Below are positions 52,611-62,377 of a stretch of DNA of 64,000 nucleotides, in pieces. The stretch is from assembly GCA_965227775.1 (NCBI GenBank), contig OZ245777.1, forward strand, positions 1,440,001-1,504,000, in the 5' to 3' direction. A program made the translations under genes and the position numbers. The stretch is from Phycisphaerales bacterium. GTDB taxonomy: Bacteria; Planctomycetota; Phycisphaerae; Phycisphaerales; UBA1924. Each line of letters starts with the position of its first letter. Within the stretch, counting starts at the first letter, position 1. The notes beneath the pieces are model-generated. The model searched no databases. It worked only from the letters and a program-made list of their open reading frames with translations, and was not told the DNA's origin.

Positions 52611-55600
52611 ATGAAGCCCAACCGCCGTGCAAAGACCCGCCCGTACGTCCGTCGTCGCTCGCAGGTGCAGGAGGCCGCTCATGGCGCGGCAGCTCGCCTC
52701 GCGGGTCTTGCCGGTCGTGCGAGCCGACCGGACGTTGAGCCGCTCGAGCCTCGCCAGCTCCTGTTCGCGTTGACCATCGATCCGTCTTCGGTCGACCCCA
52801 CGACGGGCGTCGGTTTTGCGCAGGCGTTCTTTGGGTACACCATCCCGTACCTCCAGTTCTCCGAAGAGATCGGGGACGAAGAAGACCAGGTTGTCGAAGA
52901 GAGCTTCGACGAAGCCGGTGCCGTTGGCTCGGTCATCGTCTCGCAGCGCGTGTTCGAGGAGTCGCAGCTCTTCGTTCGCCACAACATCTCGCCCACGGCC
53001 GACTTTCGCTTGGTGGCACCCCCCGGTGCCGACCCCGACGACGACCAGCGACTTGTCGAAGCGCTCCTCCAGCAGGGCGAACAGTTCAGCTTCTCATTCC
53101 TCAACGTGCCGGGCCGGACAGACCTTCTCCGCGCTATGCGGTCATTCTCGATCGACTTCGTGGCGGCGCCGGGCAGCGCCCAGGGCCTCGATCTCGAGAA
53201 CACGCGCGTCTCGTTGCTGTTCCAGGGCGACGTAATCGCCTCGTTCGAGGGTCGCGATGAGCTGGTGAACTTCCGCACTGGTGGTGGTGGGCCGGCCGAT
53301 GGTGTTGGCACGTTCGTGTTCGAGGCGCCGCCCATTACCTCAGGCGAGCCTCGTCCGGCCTTCGACACGATCCGCTTTGAGTCCATCGGTGGGCCGAGCG
53401 ACCGCTTCCGCTTCGACAACATCTCGACCGCCCTGCCAGCCGGCAATTTCTCCGGCCTGGTCGAGCAGCGGATTTTTGGGGCCACGGTCACGCTGTCTGG
53501 CACGCCGGGCACGACGGTCGAATTCTTCGACCTCTATGGGCGCCCCATGATCGCGACGATCGCTCTTGGCATCCCCGAGGGTGGCGAGATTCCGATCGTT
53601 GACGCCAACGACAACGGCATTCCGGAATTCAACGATGGCATCGGCCGGATCGTCTTCACGAACGCCGACGAGGCGACTACGATCACGATGTTCGGCGGCA
53701 ACATCGAGGCCGGCGACCCTGAGCCGGAAGCCGACTTCTCACAGGACGGCTTCAACTTCACGCTCGGCGAGGACAACCTGTTCGGCGGCGATGACTTCGA
53801 GCAGGCCGGCTTCGGATTCCGCATCTCGCCCGATTCGCCCGACGAGGTCGAAGGCCTTAGCCCGGCATCGGGGTCGGTCATCATCGGTTCGCCGATCGAT
53901 CGTCCGCTGACGAACTACCAGCCCGGTACCGCTGTCATTCCAGAGTCGTTCATCGATCCCGATCAGGGCATCTTCGCGCTCGGTACACAGAATGTCGGTT
54001 CGATCAACCTGCACGCGATCGTGTTCGGTTCTTCGGTGTTCAACGGCGCTGTTGATCAGCTCAACTTCGGCTCGTTGTACGGATCGATCACCGTGAAGGG
54101 TGACCTTGGCCGCCTCGTCGTGGGCTCAGACGCGGGCTATTGGACGGCGGACGAGACGAACACGACAACCAAGACGGGCGGCCAGCTCATCGTCGAGCGC
54201 ACGCTGGGCCAGGTGCACATCGGCGGCAACTCTCTCCTAGACGTCACGGTCGTCGGCGAGCTGAGCTCGACGACGCTTCGTGCGCCTCGTGATGTGACGC
54301 GTTACTTTGAGATTGAGAACCCGCAGCGGATCGACCTAAGCGCTGATGCACAGGCCGTCATTCGGTCGTTGCTTACTCCTGCGACGATCCAAACGTCGGC
54401 GCTCGCCAATGCCGACACGCTGCCGCTCATTACTCCGCTCAAGGCCGGAGCGTTCTTCGGTTCCGAGCCGTTCCGCAATGACGCGATTGGTAGCGCCGAG
54501 ATCATCAGCAACGCCGGAAGCCAGGTGCAGATCATCGGTGATCTTGGCTTCGGCGACCCGATCAGCTCGGGCGAAGACGCCGTTGACGTGTTCGGCGTCG
54601 TGCTCGATGGCAGCCGCCCGCTCATCGTTGAGGGCGTGCCGGACGACCCGAGCTTCGAGATGCGTCTGGTCGATTCGCGCGGTCGGCAGGTTGCCGCCGC
54701 CGATGCGGGCGAGCAGTTCATCAACACAGGACGCTACTTCTTCGAGTACACGCCCGAGTATTCCGGCGTGTACTACATCGTGGTCTCGGCGGTCGACGCG
54801 GGCGGCGTAACGGGCGGTTCGTTCTACGCGCTGAATGTCAGCGGCATGGCGCCGGTGACGCTTGGCGCTTACCGGTCCGCTTCTGGCATGGGCTTCCCGG
54901 CCGGAGCGGTGGCCGCGGGTGCGGATCCCTCCAGCACCACCGTTTCGCTCAACGTGCTGTCGGGCTCGGTCGGCACCATCCGTGCTGGCACGCATCTAGT
55001 TGCGGGCGGAAACGGCGAGACGTCAGCCGACGCGAACATCAACTTCTCCGATGACGGGTTCCCGCAGCCAGATGATCGACGTGCCGATCTCTCGGGCGGC
55101 ACCTTCACGGTGGCGGGCAGCCTTTTCGAGATCTACGCGGGATCGGACATCGAGACGGAGGGCTCGCCTCTCGTCTTCGAGATCGGTGGTGATCTTGGCG
55201 CCATCATCACCGGCCAGTCGCCCATCATCGGCACTGGACCGACCGAAGGCGACCTGTATGCCCGCACGAGCATCACGTTCGATGTTGGCGGCACCATCGA
55301 CTACATCGATGTTTCTGGTACCGGCGGTTTCGACCAGGATACCGACGGTCTTCCCGGCGCGAGCCCGCTGGGATCGATCACGTTCCGCACGGGTACTGCC
55401 GGCGGTTCGGGCGACATCGGCATCATCCGTTTTGGTTCGATCGTGGCGAGCGATGCGATCAATGTGATCACCGCGCCTGGTTCCACCGTCCTGGGATTCT
55501 TCGTCTCGCAGGACGTGACCGACCCGATCGGCCCGTACGTGGGCATCGACTCGCTCGTCCGCACGAGCGGGCAGGGCGTCAACTTCAGCCTCGGCGCAGG

Positions 55601-58600
55601 AAGTGACCTCCGGTTCTTTGACACGCCCAACATCACCAACATTCTGGGTGTGGACTCCCAGATTGACCTGGTCATCGGCGAGTCCGTCGAGCTGATTGAC
55701 GACGCGGGCGGACGCTTCACCGTCGAGATCAACGGTGGCGGTGCCGTCGGAACGGTTGTGGGTTCGTTGCGATTCATCGCCGTCGATCGATCGCAAGGCG
55801 TGTCGCTCGGACGCATCGAGGCCGACCTGACCGGTGGCCGCTCGCTGAACATCAACACGCTGGATGGCTCGGACGGCGACGTGATCAGCATCGGTCGCAT
55901 CGACGTGACCGGTGCCACCGCGCAGTCGAGCATCGAGATCGCCGGCAACGTCCAACTCGACGTGTGGCAGATCGTTCAGAGCGGTGGTGGCGCGCTCGAC
56001 GAGATCTTCAACCTCACACCGGGTGGCGACATTGTCGCCATCGACGTAGCCGGCCTTAACGAGTTGCGTATCACCGGTGACCTTGGTCGTACGCAGCTTC
56101 CCGACTCGGGTCCGCGTCGAATCTCTCCGTTCGTCGGCATCGGCGATGAGGGCGTGCAAGGCATCGGGCGTGCGGGCTTCGAGCTGCCCGCTGCCGTTGT
56201 CGACGATGATTGGAACGGCGCTGTCTACCGCCCGGTTGCGGACAACAACTACGATCCGGGCAACGCCTACCTGTCGGATATCGGCGCCCCGTTCGACCCG
56301 TATCTGGACGGGCTCTTTGTCCGCGCCGGAAACCTCACGGAACTCACCATCGGCGGCGCTGTGGGCGACGTCATCCTGGCGTCGGCCGCCGTGATCGAGG
56401 ACCTGGTCGTCAATGCGAATGTTGGCACCGCGACGGGTGGCAACGAGGGCATCTTCGGCACCATCTACGCAGGGTCGATCCAGGACATCAACATCGGTGG
56501 TGGGCTGGCCCAGCGAGCCCAGAACGCGCTGTCGACGACGGGCATCTTTGCCGTTGATGACATCGACACGCTCATTGCCCGGGACGCGACGATCTTCAGC
56601 AGCATCATCGCGGGCAACATCGCTCCGGGCGCACTCGTGGCGCCGACCGACGGCATCGACAACCTCAGCCTGTCCAACTCGCTCGTGATCGATGCATTCA
56701 TCGGTTCGACCAACCTCGACGAGTTCTGGCTGAGCGCGAACTACGGCGACGACTTCGAGCGGACTGGTCAGCTCCGGGTTGTTGCTGCAGAAGCGGACAC
56801 GTCGTTCTTCCGCACGCAATTCGCTGCGGATCGCGCCGAGACCATCAACGTCGGCGGCAACCTCGATGCCGTCCAGATGTTCTTCACGGTGAATCTGGAG
56901 GACCTGACGGTTCGCAATGTCGTGAACAGCACGGGCGGTGGCACGCCCCGTGAGCTGTTCCGCTCATTCATCATTGTGGGTGCGAACCTTGAGCAGGCAA
57001 CCATCGGCCAGACCGGCAGCGGAACCGGCACGAGTGGCGTGTTTGCCGACACGCTGCTGCAGGTCGGTGGCGAGATCGAGACCAGCTTCCAGGCGCGGCT
57101 CGTGCAGCGTGCCGACATCCAGGTTGCTGGCACGATCCGCTCGATGCAGGTCGACAACATCCGGGCGACCTCGATCAACACCGGTCAGCTCACCATGCTG
57201 ACCGTCGTTGAGGCCATTCGCGCGTCGGAGATCAATGTCTCGGGTCCGCTGATCAGCCTCATGGCCGACCAGATTACGGCAACCAATATCAGCGTGACCG
57301 GTCCCGACGGCCGACTGGACAACCTGACCGTCGCGACCCTGTTCGACGGCGGTATCCTGGCGACCGGCCCCATCACTCGCATCGAGGCTACCGACGGCGA
57401 CCTGCGTGGTTCGCTCGAGACGCGCACTTCCCGTGGCGACGTCACGAACCTCGTAGCGGCGCGCGACGTGCTGCTGAGCACCGACATCAGTGGCACGCTG
57501 AGCAACCTCGTTGTTGGCCGGAACCTCGGGGATATTGACGACCCGAGCGTGCTGCTCGTCCGCGGCGATCTGGCAGGACTCAGCGTCGAGAACGGTGGCC
57601 TGTACTCGGATGTTCGCGTTGCCAACGCGATCACCGGAACGGTGGTCATCGGTGCCCAACCCGGCTTCCCCGGCAACAACCGCATCCCCACCGGTTCGAT
57701 CGAGGCCTATGGCCGCATCGACTCGGTCATCGCCAATGGCGATTACGCGGGAAGCATCATGAGCTTCTCCGGCGGCATCGGAAACGTCACAATCAACAAC
57801 GGCTCGCTGCTGCCCAGCGGTTCGGTGTCGGCCTTCAACGGCGACATTGGCAGCCTGGTGATCAACAGTGGTCACCTGCTGGGCGACGTGCACGCCGACA
57901 ACACCATCTTCAGCATCACCGTCAACGCCTCCGAAGATGGCGTGTTCGGTGACATCGGCGTGAATCCGGAGCTGTCAAGCTTCGTCAGCGCCGCCACGCT
58001 CCGCAACCAGTTGCCCCCCGGTGTTGGCGTGACGCCAGGCTTCGATGGCCCGACCATTACGGCCGGCCGCGATATCGGCGTCGTTACGGTCTCCAACGGC
58101 TCGGTCTTCGAGGCGGTCTTCCACGCCCGCAACGCGATCGGCCAGATCAACGTCCAGGGCGAAGGCAACATCTCCAACGATCCCAACACGACCGGTTTCG
58201 GCACGCAGATCGTGGCCGGCAACTCGGTGGGCTCGGTCAACGTCTCCGGTTCGGCGTCGGACCTCCTGGTCGCCGGCGGCGTGTTCGATCTCGGTGCCGA
58301 TGGGCGTGCGGGTGGTGTCGGCGACGCGACCGATGTCAACAAGTCCGGCCGCGTGCGCGAGGTCATCATCGCGGGCGATGCCACGAACGTGGCCGTCGCG
58401 GCAGGCATGGTCGCGGGCGCGGATGGCTTGTACAACACCGCGGACGACCTGCACACGCTGGGCGTCTCGGTCATCGGCAACGTCACCGTCAACGGCGCGA
58501 TCAACAACGTCAGCGCCTTCACCGATACTGGCCTGCCCAACCGCACCGACGGCATCACGACCGGTGGCCAGTCGACCCCGGTCGTCGGCGGCAGCCTTTT

Positions 58601-61600
58601 CATGCTGCCCTTCGTTGAGGATCAGTCGAGCTTCGACTTCTCGACGCTCGGTGAGGTCATCCCGTCGGGTTCGTCCATCGAGTTCACGCGCGGCGTCGCA
58701 ACGGGCACCATCAGCTTCAGCGGGCCCGGCACCGCCGTGTGGGACGACGCGGGCGGCCGTCTGATCTTGATCAGCACCAGCATCAACAGCAGCGTGACCG
58801 TCACGAGCGACACGGGTGCGCTCGAGGACTTCAGCATCCTCAGCAACGATGACGCCTCGATCGGTCGCATCGAGGTGCAAGCCGTCATGTTCGGCGACTC
58901 GAACATCGTCATCGATGGCTTTGCTCGCGAGATCGTGCTGGGTGGCTTCCAGGGAACGGGCAACATCCTCGTCGGCAACGACGTGCAGCTGCTCGAGACC
59001 GGCTCGTTGCTGACCAGCGGCACCATCTCGGCCACGCTGCTCCGCCAGCTCACCGTCAACGGCGACCTTGGCGGCGCGACCCCACAGCTTCCGGGCGAGT
59101 TCGTTCGTCCCACCCTCCAGATCTTCGGTACCGAGGGCATCACCGTCCAGGGCTCGATGCGTGCCAGCATCAGCGTTGATAATGGCATCCGAGGGGCGCT
59201 GTTCGTCAACGGCTCGATCAACAACAGCATCATCCGGTCGGGCGCCGGCATCCAGAGCATCACGGCCTTCGACATGTCGGGCACGATCATCTCGGCGGCC
59301 AATGACATCACGAGCGTCAATGTCACCGGTGACATGTTCGCAAGCACAGTCATGGCTGGTGCCGACATCGGTCGCGACGCGGCCTTCGGCGGCACGGGCG
59401 TGAACGCCGACCGGACCAACGGTGGCAACCTTGGCACCGTCGATGTGGGTGGTAACTTCCTGCAGAGCTCGGTGAGCGCCGGTGTCTTGCGGGGTGTCGA
59501 CGGATTCCTTGGCACCACCGACGATGTTGCCTCAGGCGGCCGATCGACCATCGGTTCGGTCACCATCGGCGGCACGCAGGTGGGCTCGAACCGCGGCTCC
59601 GAGTCGTTCGGCGTCTTCGCGACCGGCGAGATCGGTCCTGTCACGGTCGGCGGCGAGGCCGTCACTCAGGAGCGCAACTTCAGCGTCAGCACGCTGAGCA
59701 CGCTGCCGCTCGTGGTCCAGGTGGACGACCTCAGCGTCGAGTTCGACGGTGGCATCTACATCGCCCGCCTGACCTTCAACCAGGAGATGAACGCCCAGAC
59801 GCTCATCGATGGCCTCATCATCAGCGAGATCCGCGATGGCGGCCAGGTCAGCATCCGTCTGGACGAGGGCGAGGATTACCTGTTCGAGTACGACGAGGTC
59901 GAGAACGCGGCGGTCATCACCTTCTTCGACACCGTGACGCGTCGTGACCTGCCGCAGACCCCCGGCGTTGCCGGTCCGGGTCTGTACCGCTTCCAGCTCG
60001 ATCCGAACATCGTTCGGGCTCAGAACTCGGCCGCTCGCCTCGATGCGGACGGTGATGGCTTTGCGGACGATGATCGCTTCTACAGCGGCAGCGCATTCGT
60101 TGGTGACGTGGGCGACAAGATCGTGCCCAACACCGTCATCGTCGATCGTGGATTCCTCGGCCCGGGCCGCGTCGACTTCTACGGCGCCGGCAACCTCGAC
60201 ACGGCTCTGGACGATCCGTTCGTGCCAGACGCCCTGCCGGACATCAACACAGAATTCCTGCTCACAGGCTTCGTGGGCGATCACCCCGATGCCGATGCGC
60301 AGGCGTTTGGCATCGCGGGCGACACGGACGTCTACCAGATCACGCTGCAGGCAGGACAGATCCTCCGCCTCGGCCCCAACCTGGGTTCGGCGATCAACGC
60401 CGACATCGCGTTGCTCGATCCGAGCGGCCAGCGTCAGCTCGGCATCACCGGGTCGACGACGACCCTCCCGTCCGAGCAGGCCCAGATTCTCGAAGGCCGC
60501 ACGACCTTCGGCCTGGCATTCCTCGTCACGCAGACGGGTACATACTCGCTCGTGGTGACCAATGACGATCCGAGCATTATCTTCGACTCGGATGCTGTGC
60601 CGAATCTCTCGGCCGCCGCGGGCCTCGTTGGTAGCTATGCGTTCTCGGTCGAGGTCTTCGACGATGGAGACAGCGGATTTAGCGCGAGCACCAACTCGGG
60701 CAACGGCCTGAACCTCGTTGAGGCGCCGTTCGCTTCGTCCTTTGCCGGTCCCGACGGTGAGGTGGGGACCGACGACGACCGCGCCACGGTCACAGTCGGC
60801 GCATTCACGTTCACCCGCAACGCCGAGACCGGCGTCATCTCGGGCACCAACGACAACGGCATCATCTCGACGCGCCTGGCCAATGGCGTCAGCGTCACCG
60901 AGATCGCTTCGGCTATCGGTGCCGAGGGAAGCCGTGGGGTGCCGGGTGAGATCGCGTCGGATGTCGACGTGTTCCACCTCAACAACCGCCAGAACATCAC
61001 CGCGGGCGACCAGCTCCGCATTACCGTGAAGCTCTCGGAGACGGGCGCCGATCTCGGTGGTCGCCAGGCGACCGGCACGCTCGACACCATCCTCCAGGAC
61101 TTCTCGGGTGCGGTGCAGTTCGGCCTCTTCGACACGACCAATTCCACCGGCGTGAGCGACGGGCAGCTGGTGTTCTCGCCCAGCGAGTTTGGCACCGTGT
61201 CGGGTGCGGGTGCGGAGATCATCGCGCAGGACGACCTGCTGGAGTATGGCACCGACGAGAACGGCGACTTCTTCATCGTCGCCCAGGCGCCCCGCACCGG
61301 CACCTACGCCTTCTACATCCAGGGCGTGTTCAATGCCGACTACGTCGTCGAGGTCGAGCGGACGCGAAACGCACCGTCGATCGCAGCCTTCTCCGGTCCG
61401 GACGGCGTGTTCGGCACCTTCGATGATCCGCAGCGCATCATCCAGGGACGCTTCCGCTACTCGCTGGACGCAGGCGATGACGGCATCCGGGGCACTGGCG
61501 ACGACTCGGTCATCAGCCAGATCCAGACCGAGAGCCAGAACGTCCTGCTTGAGTTCAATGGCGGATCGATCGACTGGCTGCAGGTTGGCGTCCGGGAGAC

Positions 61601-62279
61601 CGAGCTGCTGCCGTTCACCAGTAGCGCTCTGGGCTTCAGCGGCACGGTCGATGGCTTGCCCGTCGATACCTTCATCGAGCGTGAGCTCGTGAGCAACCTC
61701 AACAACATCTTCCAGGGTGCCGGCTACGACGTCACGTTCTCTGCCAACCCCAGTACGTTCCAGGGTGAGGACTTCTCGACCGTGTTCGTCTCGGACTCGA
61801 GCGACCCGATCAACTTCACCTTCTCGGCGGATCCGCTCAGCTTCTTCTTCAACCCGTTCTCGTTCGGCGTCGGTGGCTTCGGCCTGGGCTTCGAGGAGAT
61901 CTTCGGATACTCCGAAGGCTCGGACCCGTTCAACGCCGATCGCAACGACGAGGCCGTCGTCTTCGTTCCGCAGCTCACCGCGCTGGGCTTCAACCCGTCC
62001 GAGCCGGAGGTTCGCGACCTGACCGACGCGTTGTCGGCGGCCGTCGGGCGCCGTGTCGGCGAGTTGCTCGGCCTGCGTACCACGGCACTGGACGGTCCCG
62101 GCGCGACGGTTGACGTCTTCGCGTCCGATGGCCCGAGCAATGTGCCCGGGAACCAGTACATCATCCCGTCCTTTGCCCGCCCGCTTTCGAGCCGATTCGA
62201 CCCGCTCGACGACACCCAGTTCTTCCTGGGCCAGCAGTCCTCGACGTCGCTGCTCGACTCGGTCCTCAGCCGGATCTAA
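52611..62279 (+). CDS. Giant LEPRxLL-motif extracellular/surface repeat protein (3222 aa)
   Basis: Arg-rich leader, then VEPLEPRQLL (52743-52763). Acidic G/T/S/V/I-rich beta-repeats, PPC-like modules (DTDVYQITLQAGQ; DVDVFHL) and GxDGxxxTxDD motifs. GAGGAG SD upstream. Confidence 0.88.
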   Translation: MKPNRRAKTRPYVRRRSQVQEAAHGAAARLAGLAGRASRPDVEPLEPRQLLFALTIDPSSVDPTTGVGFAQAFFGYTIPYLQFSEEIGDEEDQVVEESFDEAGAVGSVIVSQRVFEESQLFVRHNISPTADFRLVAPPGADPDDDQRLVEALLQQGEQFSFSFLNVPGRTDLLRAMRSFSIDFVAAPGSAQGLDLENTRVSLLFQGDVIASFEGRDELVNFRTGGGGPADGVGTFVFEAPPITSGEPRPAFDTIRFESIGGPSDRFRFDNISTALPAGNFSGLVEQRIFGATVTLSGTPGTTVEFFDLYGRPMIATIALGIPEGGEIPIVDANDNGIPEFNDGIGRIVFTNADEATTITMFGGNIEAGDPEPEADFSQDGFNFTLGEDNLFGGDDFEQAGFGFRISPDSPDEVEGLSPASGSVIIGSPIDRPLTNYQPGTAVIPESFIDPDQGIFALGTQNVGSINLHAIVFGSSVFNGAVDQLNFGSLYGSITVKGDLGRLVVGSDAGYWTADETNTTTKTGGQLIVERTLGQVHIGGNSLLDVTVVGELSSTTLRAPRDVTRYFEIENPQRIDLSADAQAVIRSLLTPATIQTSALANADTLPLITPLKAGAFFGSEPFRNDAIGSAEIISNAGSQVQIIGDLGFGDPISSGEDAVDVFGVVLDGSRPLIVEGVPDDPSFEMRLVDSRGRQVAAADAGEQFINTGRYFFEYTPEYSGVYYIVVSAVDAGGVTGGSFYALNVSGMAPVTLGAYRSASGMGFPAGAVAAGADPSSTTVSLNVLSGSVGTIRAGTHLVAGGNGETSADANINFSDDGFPQPDDRRADLSGGTFTVAGSLFEIYAGSDIETEGSPLVFEIGGDLGAIITGQSPIIGTGPTEGDLYARTSITFDVGGTIDYIDVSGTGGFDQDTDGLPGASPLGSITFRTGTAGGSGDIGIIRFGSIVASDAINVITAPGSTVLGFFVSQDVTDPIGPYVGIDSLVRTSGQGVNFSLGAGSDLRFFDTPNITNILGVDSQIDLVIGESVELIDDAGGRFTVEINGGGAVGTVVGSLRFIAVDRSQGVSLGRIEADLTGGRSLNINTLDGSDGDVISIGRIDVTGATAQSSIEIAGNVQLDVWQIVQSGGGALDEIFNLTPGGDIVAIDVAGLNELRITGDLGRTQLPDSGPRRISPFVGIGDEGVQGIGRAGFELPAAVVDDDWNGAVYRPVADNNYDPGNAYLSDIGAPFDPYLDGLFVRAGNLTELTIGGAVGDVILASAAVIEDLVVNANVGTATGGNEGIFGTIYAGSIQDINIGGGLAQRAQNALSTTGIFAVDDIDTLIARDATIFSSIIAGNIAPGALVAPTDGIDNLSLSNSLVIDAFIGSTNLDEFWLSANYGDDFERTGQLRVVAAEADTSFFRTQFAADRAETINVGGNLDAVQMFFTVNLEDLTVRNVVNSTGGGTPRELFRSFIIVGANLEQATIGQTGSGTGTSGVFADTLLQVGGEIETSFQARLVQRADIQVAGTIRSMQVDNIRATSINTGQLTMLTVVEAIRASEINVSGPLISLMADQITATNISVTGPDGRLDNLTVATLFDGGILATGPITRIEATDGDLRGSLETRTSRGDVTNLVAARDVLLSTDISGTLSNLVVGRNLGDIDDPSVLLVRGDLAGLSVENGGLYSDVRVANAITGTVVIGAQPGFPGNNRIPTGSIEAYGRIDSVIANGDYAGSIMSFSGGIGNVTINNGSLLPSGSVSAFNGDIGSLVINSGHLLGDVHADNTIFSITVNASEDGVFGDIGVNPELSSFVSAATLRNQLPPGVGVTPGFDGPTITAGRDIGVVTVSNGSVFEAVFHARNAIGQINVQGEGNISNDPNTTGFGTQIVAGNSVGSVNVSGSASDLLVAGGVFDLGADGRAGGVGDATDVNKSGRVREVIIAGDATNVAVAAGMVAGADGLYNTADDLHTLGVSVIGNVTVNGAINNVSAFTDTGLPNRTDGITTGGQSTPVVGGSLFMLPFVEDQSSFDFSTLGEVIPSGSSIEFTRGVATGTISFSGPGTAVWDDAGGRLILISTSINSSVTVTSDTGALEDFSILSNDDASIGRIEVQAVMFGDSNIVIDGFAREIVLGGFQGTGNILVGNDVQLLETGSLLTSGTISATLLRQLTVNGDLGGATPQLPGEFVRPTLQIFGTEGITVQGSMRASISVDNGIRGALFVNGSINNSIIRSGAGIQSITAFDMSGTIISAANDITSVNVTGDMFASTVMAGADIGRDAAFGGTGVNADRTNGGNLGTVDVGGNFLQSSVSAGVLRGVDGFLGTTDDVASGGRSTIGSVTIGGTQVGSNRGSESFGVFATGEIGPVTVGGEAVTQERNFSVSTLSTLPLVVQVDDLSVEFDGGIYIARLTFNQEMNAQTLIDGLIISEIRDGGQVSIRLDEGEDYLFEYDEVENAAVITFFDTVTRRDLPQTPGVAGPGLYRFQLDPNIVRAQNSAARLDADGDGFADDDRFYSGSAFVGDVGDKIVPNTVIVDRGFLGPGRVDFYGAGNLDTALDDPFVPDALPDINTEFLLTGFVGDHPDADAQAFGIAGDTDVYQITLQAGQILRLGPNLGSAINADIALLDPSGQRQLGITGSTTTLPSEQAQILEGRTTFGLAFLVTQTGTYSLVVTNDDPSIIFDSDAVPNLSAAAGLVGSYAFSVEVFDDGDSGFSASTNSGNGLNLVEAPFASSFAGPDGEVGTDDDRATVTVGAFTFTRNAETGVISGTNDNGIISTRLANGVSVTEIASAIGAEGSRGVPGEIASDVDVFHLNNRQNITAGDQLRITVKLSETGADLGGRQATGTLDTILQDFSGAVQFGLFDTTNSTGVSDGQLVFSPSEFGTVSGAGAEIIAQDDLLEYGTDENGDFFIVAQAPRTGTYAFYIQGVFNADYVVEVERTRNAPSIAAFSGPDGVFGTFDDPQRIIQGRFRYSLDAGDDGIRGTGDDSVISQIQTESQNVLLEFNGGSIDWLQVGVRETELLPFTSSALGFSGTVDGLPVDTFIERELVSNLNNIFQGAGYDVTFSANPSTFQGEDFSTVFVSDSSDPINFTFSADPLSFFFNPFSFGVGGFGLGFEEIFGYSEGSDPFNADRNDEAVVFVPQLTALGFNPSEPEVRDLTDALSAAVGRRVGELLGLRTTALDGPGATVDVFASDGPSNVPGNQYIIPSFARPLSSRFDPLDDTQFFLGQQSSTSLLDSVLSRI

Positions 62280-62318
62280 TCGTCCGGCCGACCGGGGCCT
62301 TCACGTGCCCATCCCGCC

Positions 62319-62359
62319 CCGCCGAGCGCTGCCCTCTGGGCCGCTCGGCGGTTTTTCTT
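62319..62359 (+). terminator. Rho-independent terminator downstream of the giant LEPRxLL gene
   Basis: Stem CCGCCGAGCG/CGCTCGGCGG with an inner GCCC/GGGC, followed by TTTTTCTT. Confidence 0.85.
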
Positions 62360-62377
62360 GCGCCAGGCTCGCGCCGC

